NCBI GenBank assembly: GCA_965116875.1
Contig: OZ220733.1
Location: 5,376,001-5,440,000 of the forward strand
From: Candidatus Latescibacterota bacterium
Lineage (GTDB): Bacteria > Latescibacterota > UBA2968 > GCA-2709665
Direction of reading: 5' to 3'
Length of the DNA: 64,000 nucleotides
The notes beneath the pieces were generated by a model, which was not told the origin of the DNA, made no database searches, and was given only the letters and a program-made list of their open reading frames with translations. Shown one piece after another: positions 28,568-39,216 of the stretch. How positions within the stretch are numbered: the stretch's first letter is position 1; every line of letters begins with the position of its first letter. The translations under genes and the position numbers were made by a program.

Positions 28568-31500
28568 GTCGCCGTCCTATGACGATGTGATGGCATGTTT
28601 TCGGCGTTACGGCGCGTCGCGATGACTGCGTATGCGACGGGAGTGAGGCCCAGGAGGATCATCAGGATGCCGTTGAGCTTCCATATGTCGGCATCGAATT
28701 CAAGGTACCAAGAACCCACAAACAGAATGGAACTCCAGCCGTTGACGACGTAAAAGAGCAGGTTGAAGCGGATATACTTCACAATGAGGTACGCCGAGAT
28801 CAGCCAGATTGGACCCTTCGTCGCGAGTAGTTCGCCCGCGTGGTCGAGGTCATTGGCCGGCGAGACCACGGACTGGAAGATGAGAACGACGAAGACACCG
28901 AGAACCATCAGGCTTGTCCTGCCCAGCACCCGCCACCAGACGAAAAGAAGACCAAGGACCCCAATGGGGCCGATGAGCATACCGCTGAATTCGTCAACAA
29001 ACTCACCGAACGCGGGCAGGTAGGTATTGACGTTTGCAGGCACGCCGCCTCTTGTGCCCGGGTGGTACGAAAGAATGTTGAGACGCACGTAAGAGGCAAG
29101 AGCGCCGGCGCCTTCCGTGATACCGGAATAGCACGCCACCAGAAAGACGACCTGCCACCACAACGTCGCGCTGCCCGCCTTCAGGCGGAACACGTCGATC
29201 CATTCGGAGATGCGCATTTCTCCGGGACGCTCGGTTCGAAACAGCGTATCTCCGAGGGCGCAGATCAACAGGGCGAAGACGGTCGCAAACACGAAGCCCG
29301 GAACAACGTCGACAAGCTTGCCAAGGAGGAAGGTACCCATAGCCTGGCTTGTGTCAAAACCCCTGTAGAATGTGGGCAGTTCGTTGAGGCCCTCGAGTAT
29401 GGAGCACACGCCAAAGAGGATGCCGAAACAGATGGGCAATCGCCACTCGATCAGACCGTTCCGATAGGCGCGCAGCAGGTAAATCACGGCCAGAACGAAG
29501 GTTACGATAAGGGCGATAGTGCGGATAGTGGAGACAATGGTGCTCTTTGCAGTCTTCTCTCTCTGTTTGCGCATGAATTCTTCAGGCGCCTTGTAGGCCT
29601 TATACGCAAGGCCGATCCGGTCGCCCTGTACAGAGGCGACGATGCGAAACTCGCCCTCTTCCACCTTAATGTCCGTGCGTTCCCACACAAAGCGGTGGTC
29701 CATCCGGTTTTCGCGCTTGAAAGACCGCGCTTCGAGACGCTTGTAGAGCGTCGTATCGGTTACATCCCGGTTCAGATGTCGGCGCAGAAAGGCTTCCGCC
29801 ACTTCCTGCGCTTCTTCAATGGCGAGTTCCGCACCCTCCTGGCCTTCCGGTACTGCATGCGAGATGTAGGAGAGGCCGCCGTTGCCATCAACGCTGATGG
29901 TGAGTTCCTCCTTTTCAAGAGGCTTGAACCATCGCACAATCCATCGCCATGAGTTCGTGTGCACCGCCGCAAGCGTATCCGCCCTCCCGACGTCAACGTT
30001 TCGCAGCAGGTGTTTAAAGTGTTTGGAACCGAGACTGCTTGAGAATCTGGTGGTGCGGCGATAGCCTTCGAGTTCGATTCCGAGTTGCTCCCGAAATCCT
30101 TCGGCTAACTCGTTGGCCTGCGCTCGCGTGGGGACTTCCTCTCGTGCGTATTCAGCAAAATCCCGCGTTTCGAAAGCGAAATAAGCGAACCAGCCCGATA
30201 GTCCGAGGACGCCAAAGACGAGGAGGCCCCTGCATGAGATGAGGTAGTCAGAGGGCCTCTTGCGTTCGATCGGAGGTTCAGGCGGCTCCGGGGGACGGTC
30301 AGACGACGCGGGTGCGGCCTCTGACGCCTCCGGGGCGGGTTCACGGGGCCGGTCATCGTAACGGCCGCGGACGGCGCTCCAGATGGCCGGAAGGGCTGGG
30401 ATGGAGATGATGGCGACTGCGAGAATGCCCGATACCTTGAAATAGAGGCTGTCGGACTGAAGCATGGGATAGACGCCAAGGAAGCAGTTATACACGTAGT
30501 GGGAAATGATGGTCGCCCAGACACCGAAGCGCAGGAAGACCATGCCGAGGACGACTCCCACTATGGTCAGTTCCAGGCCTCGGATGTAGATGGGTTCCTG
30601 CGGATAGCCGGCGTGGAGGAAGGCCCACACCACAGCGGGAACAAGAACGGCCAACCAGCTTCTCTTGAACCAGCGAAGGAGGAGGGAAATAGCCACCAAC
30701 CGGAAGAGGAACTCCTCGAACGTGGCCGCCGCCAGACCCGTCAGGAGGGGATATATCCAGGGCAGGTACGTGCTGTAGGCATTGCTGTATTGGGTCATGG
30801 TGGCGGGCGACCAGACCCCGAAGGAATCGTGGCCCAGAATGTAGAAGAGGGTCACGTAACCCAGGTGCGCGAACGCCAAGCCGTAACCGACAAGGGTGAC
30901 GCGTGCAAAACCCGCCGACCGCCAGCGCCGCAGAGCAACCCGCTCTAAGGGATTACGCCAGCCTCTAATGTCCTGTGCCGCGGCGCCGCCTGCCGTGCCG
31001 CACACGGCAACGACGAACGCCATTACCGCGGCGCCGAAGAGACCGTTGAAGATGAAGTCGAGAATAAAGGAGTCGAAGGACTCCATGGTGTCGTATCCGA
31101 ACAGATTGATCGGATAACTGTTGACGGATCCGAGCAGGGTGGCGGCGCCCACGAGGATGCCGATAGATACAGCGACGCGCCACGTGAGTGCGCGCTGCCG
31201 GTACTTGCGCACCAGGACGACGACCATAACAAGACCCAGGGCGAGAGCGAACCCCCGGGCGACCTTAGCGAGCAGACCGGCGCGAGAGCGGGTCTCGCGG
31301 TAGTCGCGCGAGAAGGTTTCGGGGACCTTGACGTATTCGTAGAAGCTACCCACCCGGTCTCCCTGGACCCCGACGTACAGGCGGTAGTGTCCATCATCCC
31401 CGACGATAAAATCCCGCTTGCGGTAGGCAAATGTGTGATCCCTCCGCTTGGGGCGGTCGATGCTGGAGGCCTCGATGGGTTCGTAATCGTCGAGTGAGAA

Positions 31501-31974
31501 CCCCTGAAGGTCAATGAGGAAGGCCTCGGCGATGTGCCGGGCATCCTCTTCTGTCAGGTTGGCGCCTTCCACGGACTCGAGGATGCTGTGGCTGAACCCG
31601 ACGACCCGTCCGCCGGGATCGATGCGAACGCGGAGTTCTTCCTTCTGCAGCGGCTTGAAATAGCGGATTCGCCAATACCATACCGAGACCCAATCCCTTA
31701 CGAGTCGGTTGGCCTCGGCCAGGCCCAGGGTGCGTTCAAGGAAGATCTGGGGAAGAGGCGCATAGGAGAAGACTTGAGCGCTCTCGTATTCGGTGAGGTC
31801 GTAGCCGAGGTCATGAAGATATGCTTCGGCAGACTGAAAAGCCTGTTCGCGGTCTACACGAAAGTTAAGCGAGGCAACGGGAAAGGCCCGGTCAAAGAAA
31901 TGAACGTAACATGCGAGACCGAGTACGCCCAGGATCAGGAAAGAAAAAATCCACACAGCATCGCGTCGGTTCAT
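28564..31974 (-). CDS. Large CPBP (CAAX/Abi) intramembrane metalloprotease with duplicated extracytoplasmic module
   Basis: EEFLFR, WAFLH and HYVYN motifs; repeats W..RYFKPLQKEEL / W..RWFKPLEKEEL and VQGDR. Confidence 0.85.
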   Translation of the reverse strand: MNRRDAVWIFSFLILGVLGLACYVHFFDRAFPVASLNFRVDREQAFQSAEAYLHDLGYDLTEYESAQVFSYAPLPQIFLERTLGLAEANRLVRDWVSVWYWRIRYFKPLQKEELRVRIDPGGRVVGFSHSILESVEGANLTEEDARHIAEAFLIDLQGFSLDDYEPIEASSIDRPKRRDHTFAYRKRDFIVGDDGHYRLYVGVQGDRVGSFYEYVKVPETFSRDYRETRSRAGLLAKVARGFALALGLVMVVVLVRKYRQRALTWRVAVSIGILVGAATLLGSVNSYPINLFGYDTMESFDSFILDFIFNGLFGAAVMAFVVAVCGTAGGAAAQDIRGWRNPLERVALRRWRSAGFARVTLVGYGLAFAHLGYVTLFYILGHDSFGVWSPATMTQYSNAYSTYLPWIYPLLTGLAAATFEEFLFRLVAISLLLRWFKRSWLAVLVPAVVWAFLHAGYPQEPIYIRGLELTIVGVVLGMVFLRFGVWATIISHYVYNCFLGVYPMLQSDSLYFKVSGILAVAIISIPALPAIWSAVRGRYDDRPREPAPEASEAAPASSDRPPEPPEPPIERKRPSDYLISCRGLLVFGVLGLSGWFAYFAFETRDFAEYAREEVPTRAQANELAEGFREQLGIELEGYRRTTRFSSSLGSKHFKHLLRNVDVGRADTLAAVHTNSWRWIVRWFKPLEKEELTISVDGNGGLSYISHAVPEGQEGAELAIEEAQEVAEAFLRRHLNRDVTDTTLYKRLEARSFKRENRMDHRFVWERTDIKVEEGEFRIVASVQGDRIGLAYKAYKAPEEFMRKQREKTAKSTIVSTIRTIALIVTFVLAVIYLLRAYRNGLIEWRLPICFGILFGVCSILEGLNELPTFYRGFDTSQAMGTFLLGKLVDVVPGFVFATVFALLICALGDTLFRTERPGEMRISEWIDVFRLKAGSATLWWQVVFLVACYSGITEGAGALASYVRLNILSYHPGTRGGVPANVNTYLPAFGEFVDEFSGMLIGPIGVLGLLFVWWRVLGRTSLMVLGVFVVLIFQSVVSPANDLDHAGELLATKGPIWLISAYLIVKYIRFNLLFYVVNGWSSILFVGSWYLEFDADIWKLNGILMILLGLTPVAYAVIATRRNAENMPSHRHRTAT

Positions 31975-32037
31975 GGTGTCACCCGCTTGCTGCCGATAGT
32001 TACGGAAGGTATCGCCCGCGCCTCGTTCCGGACCGGC

Positions 32038-33042
32038 TTAATGCCCTGCCAATCCCGTGCGCCCGTATACCGTGCGAATCACGTCCTCGATATCGGGCTC
32101 CTGGACGGACACGTCGCGCACCCGATAGCGGGCCGACAGTTCCGCGATGAGAGCCGATGCAGACACCTGGCTCCTCGCAAAGCGGATGCGGACCACATTG
32201 TTCCGCCGTTCGAGGATCTCCGCGTGCGCATGCGCGAAGCCACTCAGCGGCTCTCCTTCGCCCGGATCGCATTCGACGATCAGATAGCGGTGCGGGGTGA
32301 TGGATTCGACGAGCGCCGCCAGCGGCCCATCTTCGATAATGCGTCCCTGGTTGATGATGATGAGTCGCTCGCAGAGCTCTTCCACGTCGTCCAGGTCGTG
32401 CGTGGTCAGCAGCACGGTGGTGCGCCGGCGCCGGTTGACGTCCAGGATGAATGCCCGGATCGCCGCTTTCACCTCGATGTCCATGCCGATGGTAGGCTCG
32501 TCCAGAAACAGGATATCCGGCTCGTGCAGCATGGCGCCGGCCAACTCCCCGCGCATGCGTTGTCCCAGGGACAACTGCCGCACCGGTGTGTCGAGGAGGT
32601 CGCCGATGCCGAGTACCTCGCACAGTTCGGCGAGGCTCCTTTCGAAGTCGTCGCCGGCGATACGGTAGATCCGCTTGAAAAGCTCGTAGGATTCGCCCAG
32701 GCGAAGGTCCCAGTTCAGTTGGCTGCGCTGACCGAAAACGGCGCCGATGCGTTGGACGACCGCGCGCCGCTGCCTCTGGGGCGAAAGGCCGACGACGGAG
32801 ACGCGCCCGGACGTGGGATAGAGGATGCCGGAGAGCATCTTGATCGTCGTCGACTTCCCCGCGCCGTTGGGACCGATGAATCCAACCAGTTCACCCGGCT
32901 CGATCGCAAAGCTCACGTCGCGCACCGCGTGTACTTCGCGCCGGTTGGGCCGGAACAAACCCTTCACGGCGCCGGCCAGCCCCTTTTCCTTCCCGGTCAC
33001 GCGGAAGGTCTTGCAAACCCTCTCCAATTCTATATGGGTCAT
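32038..33042 (-). CDS. ABC transporter ATP-binding protein
   Basis: GPNGAGKST, LSLGQRMR, LFLDEPT. Confidence 0.95.
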   Translation of the reverse strand: MTHIELERVCKTFRVTGKEKGLAGAVKGLFRPNRREVHAVRDVSFAIEPGELVGFIGPNGAGKSTTIKMLSGILYPTSGRVSVVGLSPQRQRRAVVQRIGAVFGQRSQLNWDLRLGESYELFKRIYRIAGDDFERSLAELCEVLGIGDLLDTPVRQLSLGQRMRGELAGAMLHEPDILFLDEPTIGMDIEVKAAIRAFILDVNRRRRTTVLLTTHDLDDVEELCERLIIINQGRIIEDGPLAALVESITPHRYLIVECDPGEGEPLSGFAHAHAEILERRNNVVRIRFARSQVSASALIAELSARYRVRDVSVQEPDIEDVIRTVYGRTGLAGH

Positions 33043-33858
33043 CTACGATCCTGCGCTTTCGTAGCGGCGAAGCCCGGCGGCAAAGACGGCCAGCGCCAGG
33101 GCGAGCATGGCCACACCCACAACGGGCGTCCACAGTGCCACGTCGAGGGGCAGAGACGTGTTCGCGCTCTGGCCGAGGAAGTCGCAGGCGGGGTAGAACC
33201 CGATGAAGCCGAGGGGCAGCACAAAGGTCAATAGCGCCTGCAGGGGCCACGGGTACACGGTCAGTGGGTAGAACGTGCCTCGCGCCATCAGTTCCATGCT
33301 GGCGTCCACGAGGGGCTGACTTCGCATCGTCCAGAACGCGATGGAGCTGATGAGGGTGAGATAGGACCAGTAGATCAGGGACCCGCCAGCGATGACGAGG
33401 AGTACCTCGGTGACGTGCAGCGGCGTCCAGCCGAAGCCGCACAGCCGGGCCCCGTAAAGGAAGTAGCCTGCACCGATGCCCAGATGCACGAGGCCGACCA
33501 CGTTGATTCGGTGGCAGGAAAAATGGAATGTGATCTCCAGCGGTCTGAGAAGCATCAGGTCGAACTCGCCGCGCGTGACAAACCGATCGATCTGCCGCGA
33601 CTGAAATGACAGGATGGACATAACGCCGCGGCTCATCAGGCTCAGCCCGTACAGAAACGCAAGCTGTGGAAAGGTCCATCCCGACAGCGGCTGAAACCGT
33701 TCGACCAGCACGTTGAGGGCGACGCCAATCCAGATGTAGTTGAAGCCCAGTCCAAGGCAGATGCTCAGCAGCGAGAACGGATACTCCAGGGACCGCTGCA
33801 TCGACAAACGGCCGTACAGGGCGCCTACGGACAGGTGATGACGCAAGTCGGCGATCAT
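33043..33858 (-). CDS. ABC-2 family (DUF990-type) permease
   Basis: GEFDLMLLRP; ends RRYESAGS; start MIADLR. Confidence 0.88.
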   Translation of the reverse strand: MIADLRHHLSVGALYGRLSMQRSLEYPFSLLSICLGLGFNYIWIGVALNVLVERFQPLSGWTFPQLAFLYGLSLMSRGVMSILSFQSRQIDRFVTRGEFDLMLLRPLEITFHFSCHRINVVGLVHLGIGAGYFLYGARLCGFGWTPLHVTEVLLVIAGGSLIYWSYLTLISSIAFWTMRSQPLVDASMELMARGTFYPLTVYPWPLQALLTFVLPLGFIGFYPACDFLGQSANTSLPLDVALWTPVVGVAMLALALAVFAAGLRRYESAGS

Positions 33859-33866
33859 GGGCTTAC

Positions 33867-34658
33867 CTATCCTCCCTGCACGAAGACCCGCCGCTGGGCG
33901 CGCTTCCAGACAAGACCTGTGAGTACGGCAAAGACGACGACCCAGAGCGCCTGCACGGAGAGCACGTGGACGACCTCCGTGGCAGAGACGCGGCCGATGT
34001 AGATCTCCAGCGGCGCCTGGAACATGTACTGGAAGGGCAGCCACCGCGATGCATCGGCGATGAAATCGGGAAAAAGCCACATGGGCACCAATCGTCCCGA
34101 AAGGGCGAAAACGAGGCTGGTTTTCACCGTACTCACGTCCCCAAAGTCGGTGACCCAGAAGGCCGTCATGCCCACCAGGACGCTCAGCAGCCACAGCAGC
34201 AGAAAGCTCAGCGCACAGCTCGGCAGGAACAGCAGCCACGCGCCCACGCCCGCCGGCAGCGGCGGAGCCACAAAGAGGAGCGAGATGGCCAGCAGGGGCA
34301 GGGCGAACTGCGTGACTGCCGCCAGCGAACGCCCCACGTCTTCGGTCATCCAGTACCAGACGAGGTTCACCGGCCGGATCAGATCGAGTGCGATCTCGCC
34401 CGCGCGGATCTTGCTAAAGAGCAGGTCGTCGATGCTGACGGTAAAGCAAGCATTCATCAGCACGGCGACGACGGCGTAGGTGACCATCTGCGCTTCGTTG
34501 ACCCCGGCGACCTGGTCGATCCCGCGATACGCGGTGCGCCAGAGGAAGACGGAGCCGAGGAGGAAGAACAGGTTCCGCCCGATTGACGACAGATACTCGA
34601 AGCGGTAGGCCAGCGCGTTGAGCAGCTGGAGCTTCAGCAAGTAAGGGTACAGGTGCAT
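33867..34658 (-). CDS. ABC-2 family permease
   Basis: GEIALDLIRP, LSGRLVP, ends VQGG. Confidence 0.9.
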   Translation of the reverse strand: MHLYPYLLKLQLLNALAYRFEYLSSIGRNLFFLLGSVFLWRTAYRGIDQVAGVNEAQMVTYAVVAVLMNACFTVSIDDLLFSKIRAGEIALDLIRPVNLVWYWMTEDVGRSLAAVTQFALPLLAISLLFVAPPLPAGVGAWLLFLPSCALSFLLLWLLSVLVGMTAFWVTDFGDVSTVKTSLVFALSGRLVPMWLFPDFIADASRWLPFQYMFQAPLEIYIGRVSATEVVHVLSVQALWVVVFAVLTGLVWKRAQRRVFVQGG

Positions 34659-34768
34659 GGATGACTGGATCCGGCTTGATGCGGAAGGAACCGAACGCGC
34701 ATCGGTTCACCGGCCTGTTTATTACCCGTGGTACAGAATGAGAAAAGCACACGCCTTCGGTGTATTGC

Positions 34769-35665
34769 TTAATCCGGCGCTTGCGCAAAAGACGCGACGG
34801 ATGACGTGACCGCGTGGCCTCCCACCCGCCTGCGCTTCTCAAGACGATTTTGAAGTTCGTCGAACTCCCAGTTCCCGCTCTCGGCCTCTTCACGCCACTT
34901 CATGTTGTAGGTCTCTCGCTTGCAAACGTCCAGGTTCTTCGGGGCCAGCGTGAGCCACGTCTTCCCTGAGGAAACGCTTCCGAAACCGTTGAAGCAGGGG
35001 GAGTGCAGGTAAAGCAGGTTCTTTGCCATGTACGTCAGATACTCTTCCGAGCAGTACCTTTCTCCATTGTAGCTTAGTTCGTCGTTACAGAGAATCGTCT
35101 TGTGTCGGCAAAGTCGGTCCCTGGTCTCCCATGGATTCAGGATCACTCCTTCCGAGTCATACAGATACGCATTGTACGTAGGATCAACCATTATCCACTT
35201 CAAGCGAGAAGTACACCATACCGCCGTAACCAGATGATTGTCATAGTCGTATGGGTTCAATGGATTCAGAGACACGATTCGGCTCGGCATTCCCAGAGAC
35301 ATGCAGGCCTCCGTCAATACGATAGACAACATGTAACAGTTGATACCATAGTCCTCACCTTTGCAGAAAGAATATTTGAGAAGACCCAACGCGTTCATGG
35401 GCAGGGATTCGCAGACTTCGGGCAGCGCTTTGGTGATGTCGCCTCTGTGGCATACGCCTTCTGACATCCACTGCATCAGGTTCAGGACCCTGGACCATCC
35501 GTCTCCATTGCCTGCAACCTGATCCAGTCGATATGTTTCGCGCAGACGATCGAGTTCAGGATGTGACAGTTCATATTGGAAGTCCGGCGCCGACTCATCC
35601 GGTATCGAATCAAGCTCGTCAAACATGCGCAAGAGCCCGCAGTACAGCCTGAACCGGGTATTCAT
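34769..35665 (-). CDS. Transglutaminase-like domain protein
   Basis: Catalytic triad GINC..NHLV..WIMVDPT. Confidence 0.8.
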   Translation of the reverse strand: MNTRFRLYCGLLRMFDELDSIPDESAPDFQYELSHPELDRLRETYRLDQVAGNGDGWSRVLNLMQWMSEGVCHRGDITKALPEVCESLPMNALGLLKYSFCKGEDYGINCYMLSIVLTEACMSLGMPSRIVSLNPLNPYDYDNHLVTAVWCTSRLKWIMVDPTYNAYLYDSEGVILNPWETRDRLCRHKTILCNDELSYNGERYCSEEYLTYMAKNLLYLHSPCFNGFGSVSSGKTWLTLAPKNLDVCKRETYNMKWREEAESGNWEFDELQNRLEKRRRVGGHAVTSSVASFAQAPD

Positions 35666-36008
35666 CGTACCTTCCGCGAATTATGACGTTTGAGTGCCAC
35701 CGGACTGCCAGGCACGAAGCCCAGTACTTCCGGGCTCGCAACCTTCTCGAACTGCACCCCCACAATTGGTCTGGCCGAATCTGTCACCAGATGCTTCAAT
35801 ACGGCGGGACTATTGTGCACGTGCGATAAATCGACCTTGTTTCCCCGAACCCTGCGATCGTTATTGCCCTTGTAGTAGCTCCAATCAATCGGTCGCACCG
35901 TTTCTCGGCAGGAAGCTACAGGTTCTGCGCCCGACTCTGATTCTCTGGAATGTGCTGGTCGAGATTCCGGTTTTGAGCCGTTTGCGTGGAACTGAGGTTG
36001 CGCATCAC

Positions 36009-36587
36009 TCAAATTTCCCAGTTCGACACATATGACCGGCTCTGGAGCCGTTCCGCAAGTTCAATCAACACCGAAAGTGACTTATTCAACCTGGCCGTCG
36101 TCGCGTCGTCGAGTTCGTTTCCCTCACCCCAATTATCGCCGTGTGCATAGACATTGTACGGGCTGACAATGCACTTGAAATCCAGCATCAGGGACGTTGC
36201 GAGAGAAGCAAACGCCATATAGCTGTGCGGCAAGCTGGCCGAATTGACAAACATCACGACCTTGTCATAGAAAGCGCCTTTGAGCGATCCGCCTGGTGGC
36301 GTAGAGCCCATATATTCGACGAATTTTTTGAGCTCCGCGCAGCACGCCCAGTTGTATACCGGACTGGCCAATATGACCGCATCAGCTATCGCAATTCTTC
36401 TATGGCACGATTGGTAAACCTCGGAATTGTAGATCTCGTCGTCGTCGAAATTCGGCGGATCGAGTTGTCGAAGATCGATGAAGTCAACAGAATGCCCCCT
36501 GTCCTCCAGGGCGGCACGGCACATGGCGGCAAGCACCCTGCTGCGACTGCGGGCGTCCAGACTGCTGCTGACGACTGAGATTCTCAT
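36009..36587 (-). CDS. NADPH-dependent FMN reductase
   Basis: SSSL..RSRSR, ADAVILASPVYN motifs; start MRISVV. Confidence 0.85.
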   Translation of the reverse strand: MRISVVSSSLDARSRSRVLAAMCRAALEDRGHSVDFIDLRQLDPPNFDDDEIYNSEVYQSCHRRIAIADAVILASPVYNWACCAELKKFVEYMGSTPPGGSLKGAFYDKVVMFVNSASLPHSYMAFASLATSLMLDFKCIVSPYNVYAHGDNWGEGNELDDATTARLNKSLSVLIELAERLQSRSYVSNWEI

Positions 36588-36624
36588 TTGAGGCTTCTTT
36601 CTTGATTGTTCGTCTTCACATTGC

Positions 36625-36764
36625 CCGCAACGTCGTGGCCTCTTCCGAACCCACCTGGCGCAGCGAGGGTTGATTGCCGTAGGAAGGGTGAGCGAGCGCG
36701 ACAGGAGCGCCGGCGGACCTGCCATTCGGAGCGTTTTTCTACCTGAGCCAGACTCCTGGTGGGC
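36625..36764 (-). repeat. attC-like site
   Basis: R' GTTGCGG; CGAACCC..GGGTTGATTGCCG resembles the family interior. Confidence 0.5.
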
Positions 36765-36775
36765 AGATCTCTTCT

Positions 36776-37567
36776 TTATGCAAAGGCCAGATTGTACAGC
36801 CTCGCGGCTTGTTCGAAAGCCAGCCTCACGAATTCTTTTCTCTCCTTCACCCTCGAATGTTCTGTCAGAACCTCAAGTGTTACTGGCCCACCGTAGTCGG
36901 TATTGCGGATAAACCCGCACAGATTCTCCCAGTCAATGAACCCCTCGCCGGGAATGACATGGTCAACATACTCCCGGACCCGATCTGACAGGTGAAGCGC
37001 CAGAAGCCGATCTGACATATTCTCAAGCAACGTGAAGGGCTTGGGACCTCCAATTTGATCATGTGAAGAATCATAGCAAAACCCGAAAATATCACCAGGT
37101 AGATTGTCGAGAGCGAGTCGAACAAGATCCGTGGCGGGTCCGGGATGCACGTTCTCCAGTGCCAATTTAACTCCAATATCTCGAAGGATTGAAGTCAGAG
37201 CCTCGCAGGTGTCGAGAGACGCCTCCAGGTGTTCGTGGATATCCCCGGGATCGAGGTCGAATGGACCGGCGTGCACAACGACGATTGGTACTTCGAGAAA
37301 GGCCGCGGCTTCAACCGTGGCGGCAAGGGTCGAATCCGCTTGCGGAAGGTGAAGTGGTTTGCCGTGAATTGTATCCATATGCAGGTTGCAGTCAAGAAGG
37401 AGGTTCCGCAAACCGGATCTCCTTGCGTCTCCCAGGTAGCTGGAGTGCGATTCCTGTGCCCCAAGCGAAATATGCGTGAATCCAGCCTCAGCGATCAAGG
37501 GAAGCAAATCCTCAAGTGGGCAGTCATATGCAAAGGAGGTAGCTATGGACGTCTTTGGTCGGTTCAT
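36776..37567 (-). CDS. Sugar phosphate isomerase/epimerase (xylose isomerase-like TIM barrel)
   Basis: LALEN, CYDSSH, LHLSD, H..PGEGFIDW, TLE. Confidence 0.88.
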   Translation of the reverse strand: MNRPKTSIATSFAYDCPLEDLLPLIAEAGFTHISLGAQESHSSYLGDARRSGLRNLLLDCNLHMDTIHGKPLHLPQADSTLAATVEAAAFLEVPIVVVHAGPFDLDPGDIHEHLEASLDTCEALTSILRDIGVKLALENVHPGPATDLVRLALDNLPGDIFGFCYDSSHDQIGGPKPFTLLENMSDRLLALHLSDRVREYVDHVIPGEGFIDWENLCGFIRNTDYGGPVTLEVLTEHSRVKERKEFVRLAFEQAARLYNLAFA

Positions 37568-37665
37568 GTGTCCTCTCTACACGCTGTCTCCGTTCTACAT
37601 TCCGGCAGCATTTGAAACTTCCCTCTTGATCGGCCCGCCTTGATCGGTCGGGTACGCCGTGCAGA

Positions 37666-37696
37666 ATCCCCACTGGAGAGCCTGTCCAGTGGGGAT
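37666..37696. other. Perfect 12-bp hairpin
   Basis: ATCCCCACTGGA-N7-TCCAGTGGGGAT; no clear poly-T tail. Confidence 0.6.
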
Positions 37697-37840
37697 CTTA
37701 TGTGGTATCGGTCTTCTCAGAAGACCAGCATCACGGGGCAGCCCGATGGTGATCGATTCAGTATCTACCGATTCGTCGGTTCCGGTGCATACAATCGTCA
37801 GCGGACGATCTCTCCTGGTAATCGCAACTGGACGCATTCG

Positions 37841-38899
37841 TCACAGTCGTACCCAATCTTTCAGGTCTGCATGCTCGAATATCATCTCGCGCTGTAGTTG
37901 CAGATTCTGTCCCACGCCCGCTTCGAGGGCTCTCTCATACATGGCAATGGCGATCCCAACGTCAACGTAGGCCAGACCCACCGCGTTGAAATAGATTCTC
38001 TCGTCGTCGTTTTCCCGTCCCGGCCTGGCACCTCGCACCAAATCCACGAGATTCGCATACAGGTCGTCATCCGTCAGCAGACCTTCCTTGTACATTCGAC
38101 TCAGCGTCTGTGTTCTATGTTTCACGGTCTCCCAGTCATCGCAAACGATCTTGTCGCACTGTTTCGCCACGTTGTATTCATCTTCCCAGCCGCCAATATG
38201 ACTGTAGAAAGCACCGGGTTTCATCCAATCCGCCTTGAGCAGCGGCGCCTGTGCACTTGTTGCCGTGACAATGATGTCCGCTCCGTCAACGGCGCGTTCG
38301 AGGTCTGAATTCGCGATCGTAAAATCCATGCCGGGAATGATCGCAGACATTTCCTTTGTGAACTGTTCTTCTTCAGCAACCAGTTTGGCGGCCACCCGAC
38401 ATGTCGTCAGGGACGGTATGGCAGCCTTCATCGCGATCAGATGCATCTTTGCCTGTTCACCGGCGCCGATGAATCCGATCGATGCTGCGTCCTGACGCGC
38501 CAGATATTTGGCGGCGAGTGCGCCAATGCTTCCAACCCGAATATTGGAACACAGCGTGCCTTCCATGAACGCGATCGGAAACCCATGGACAATCTCCGAC
38601 AGGATGATCACTGCCGAGAGATTCTGAATCCCATGTTTGACCGGGTTCGGTGGAAAGACCGAAACCCACTTCATGCCGCAAATCCCCTTACCCCGGAACG
38701 TCGCCGGCAGGCAGTTGATTCTCTCCTGGGTTTCATCGTTGAAGATCTGCACGATCTTGTCAGGAAACAGTACGTCTCCTTTATCAAAGGCACGAATTGC
38801 TGATTCGGCAGCGTCCATCGCCATCCGGATATCCAGGCATCCGGCGGCAAGGAGGTCTTCCTGCGAAAAGAAATGACAATGAATGTCATGTCGAGGCAT
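37841..38899 (-). CDS. Ornithine cyclodeaminase/mu-crystallin family protein
   Basis: GMKWVSVFPPNP, IGFIGAGEQA, ADIIVTAT, GLAYVD. Confidence 0.9.
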   Translation of the reverse strand: MPRHDIHCHFFSQEDLLAAGCLDIRMAMDAAESAIRAFDKGDVLFPDKIVQIFNDETQERINCLPATFRGKGICGMKWVSVFPPNPVKHGIQNLSAVIILSEIVHGFPIAFMEGTLCSNIRVGSIGALAAKYLARQDAASIGFIGAGEQAKMHLIAMKAAIPSLTTCRVAAKLVAEEEQFTKEMSAIIPGMDFTIANSDLERAVDGADIIVTATSAQAPLLKADWMKPGAFYSHIGGWEDEYNVAKQCDKIVCDDWETVKHRTQTLSRMYKEGLLTDDDLYANLVDLVRGARPGRENDDERIYFNAVGLAYVDVGIAIAMYERALEAGVGQNLQLQREMIFEHADLKDWVRL

Positions 38900-39216
38900 C
38901 GGTGATCCTTCCTCACGTAATTGGAAGTGGCCGATTGTTTTCTCGCATGCAATCGGACCGGCGGTTTGGGCAACGTATTGGAATTGCGCTATTGCCAGCT
39001 ATCGATTTAATATACAGACCGATAGAGGAATCACAAACGACGATCCGATTCTCCATATCCGATCTGCCGGGAGCCGAGCGATTGCCCCGATGCCGCCGGC
39101 GCGCGTGCTTTGCGTACCACCGCCCTTGAAGCATCCATTCTGCGTTGCGGTGCGGTATCGACGTCACCGAATCCTGTTGGCTCCCGCCGATGACCCGACC
39201 GGGCGCCCTGACCGGC

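Noticed and set aside
31534-33234. 566-aa plus-strand ORF
   Set aside because: GC-rich antisense shadow of the ABC ATPase and neighbouring genes.
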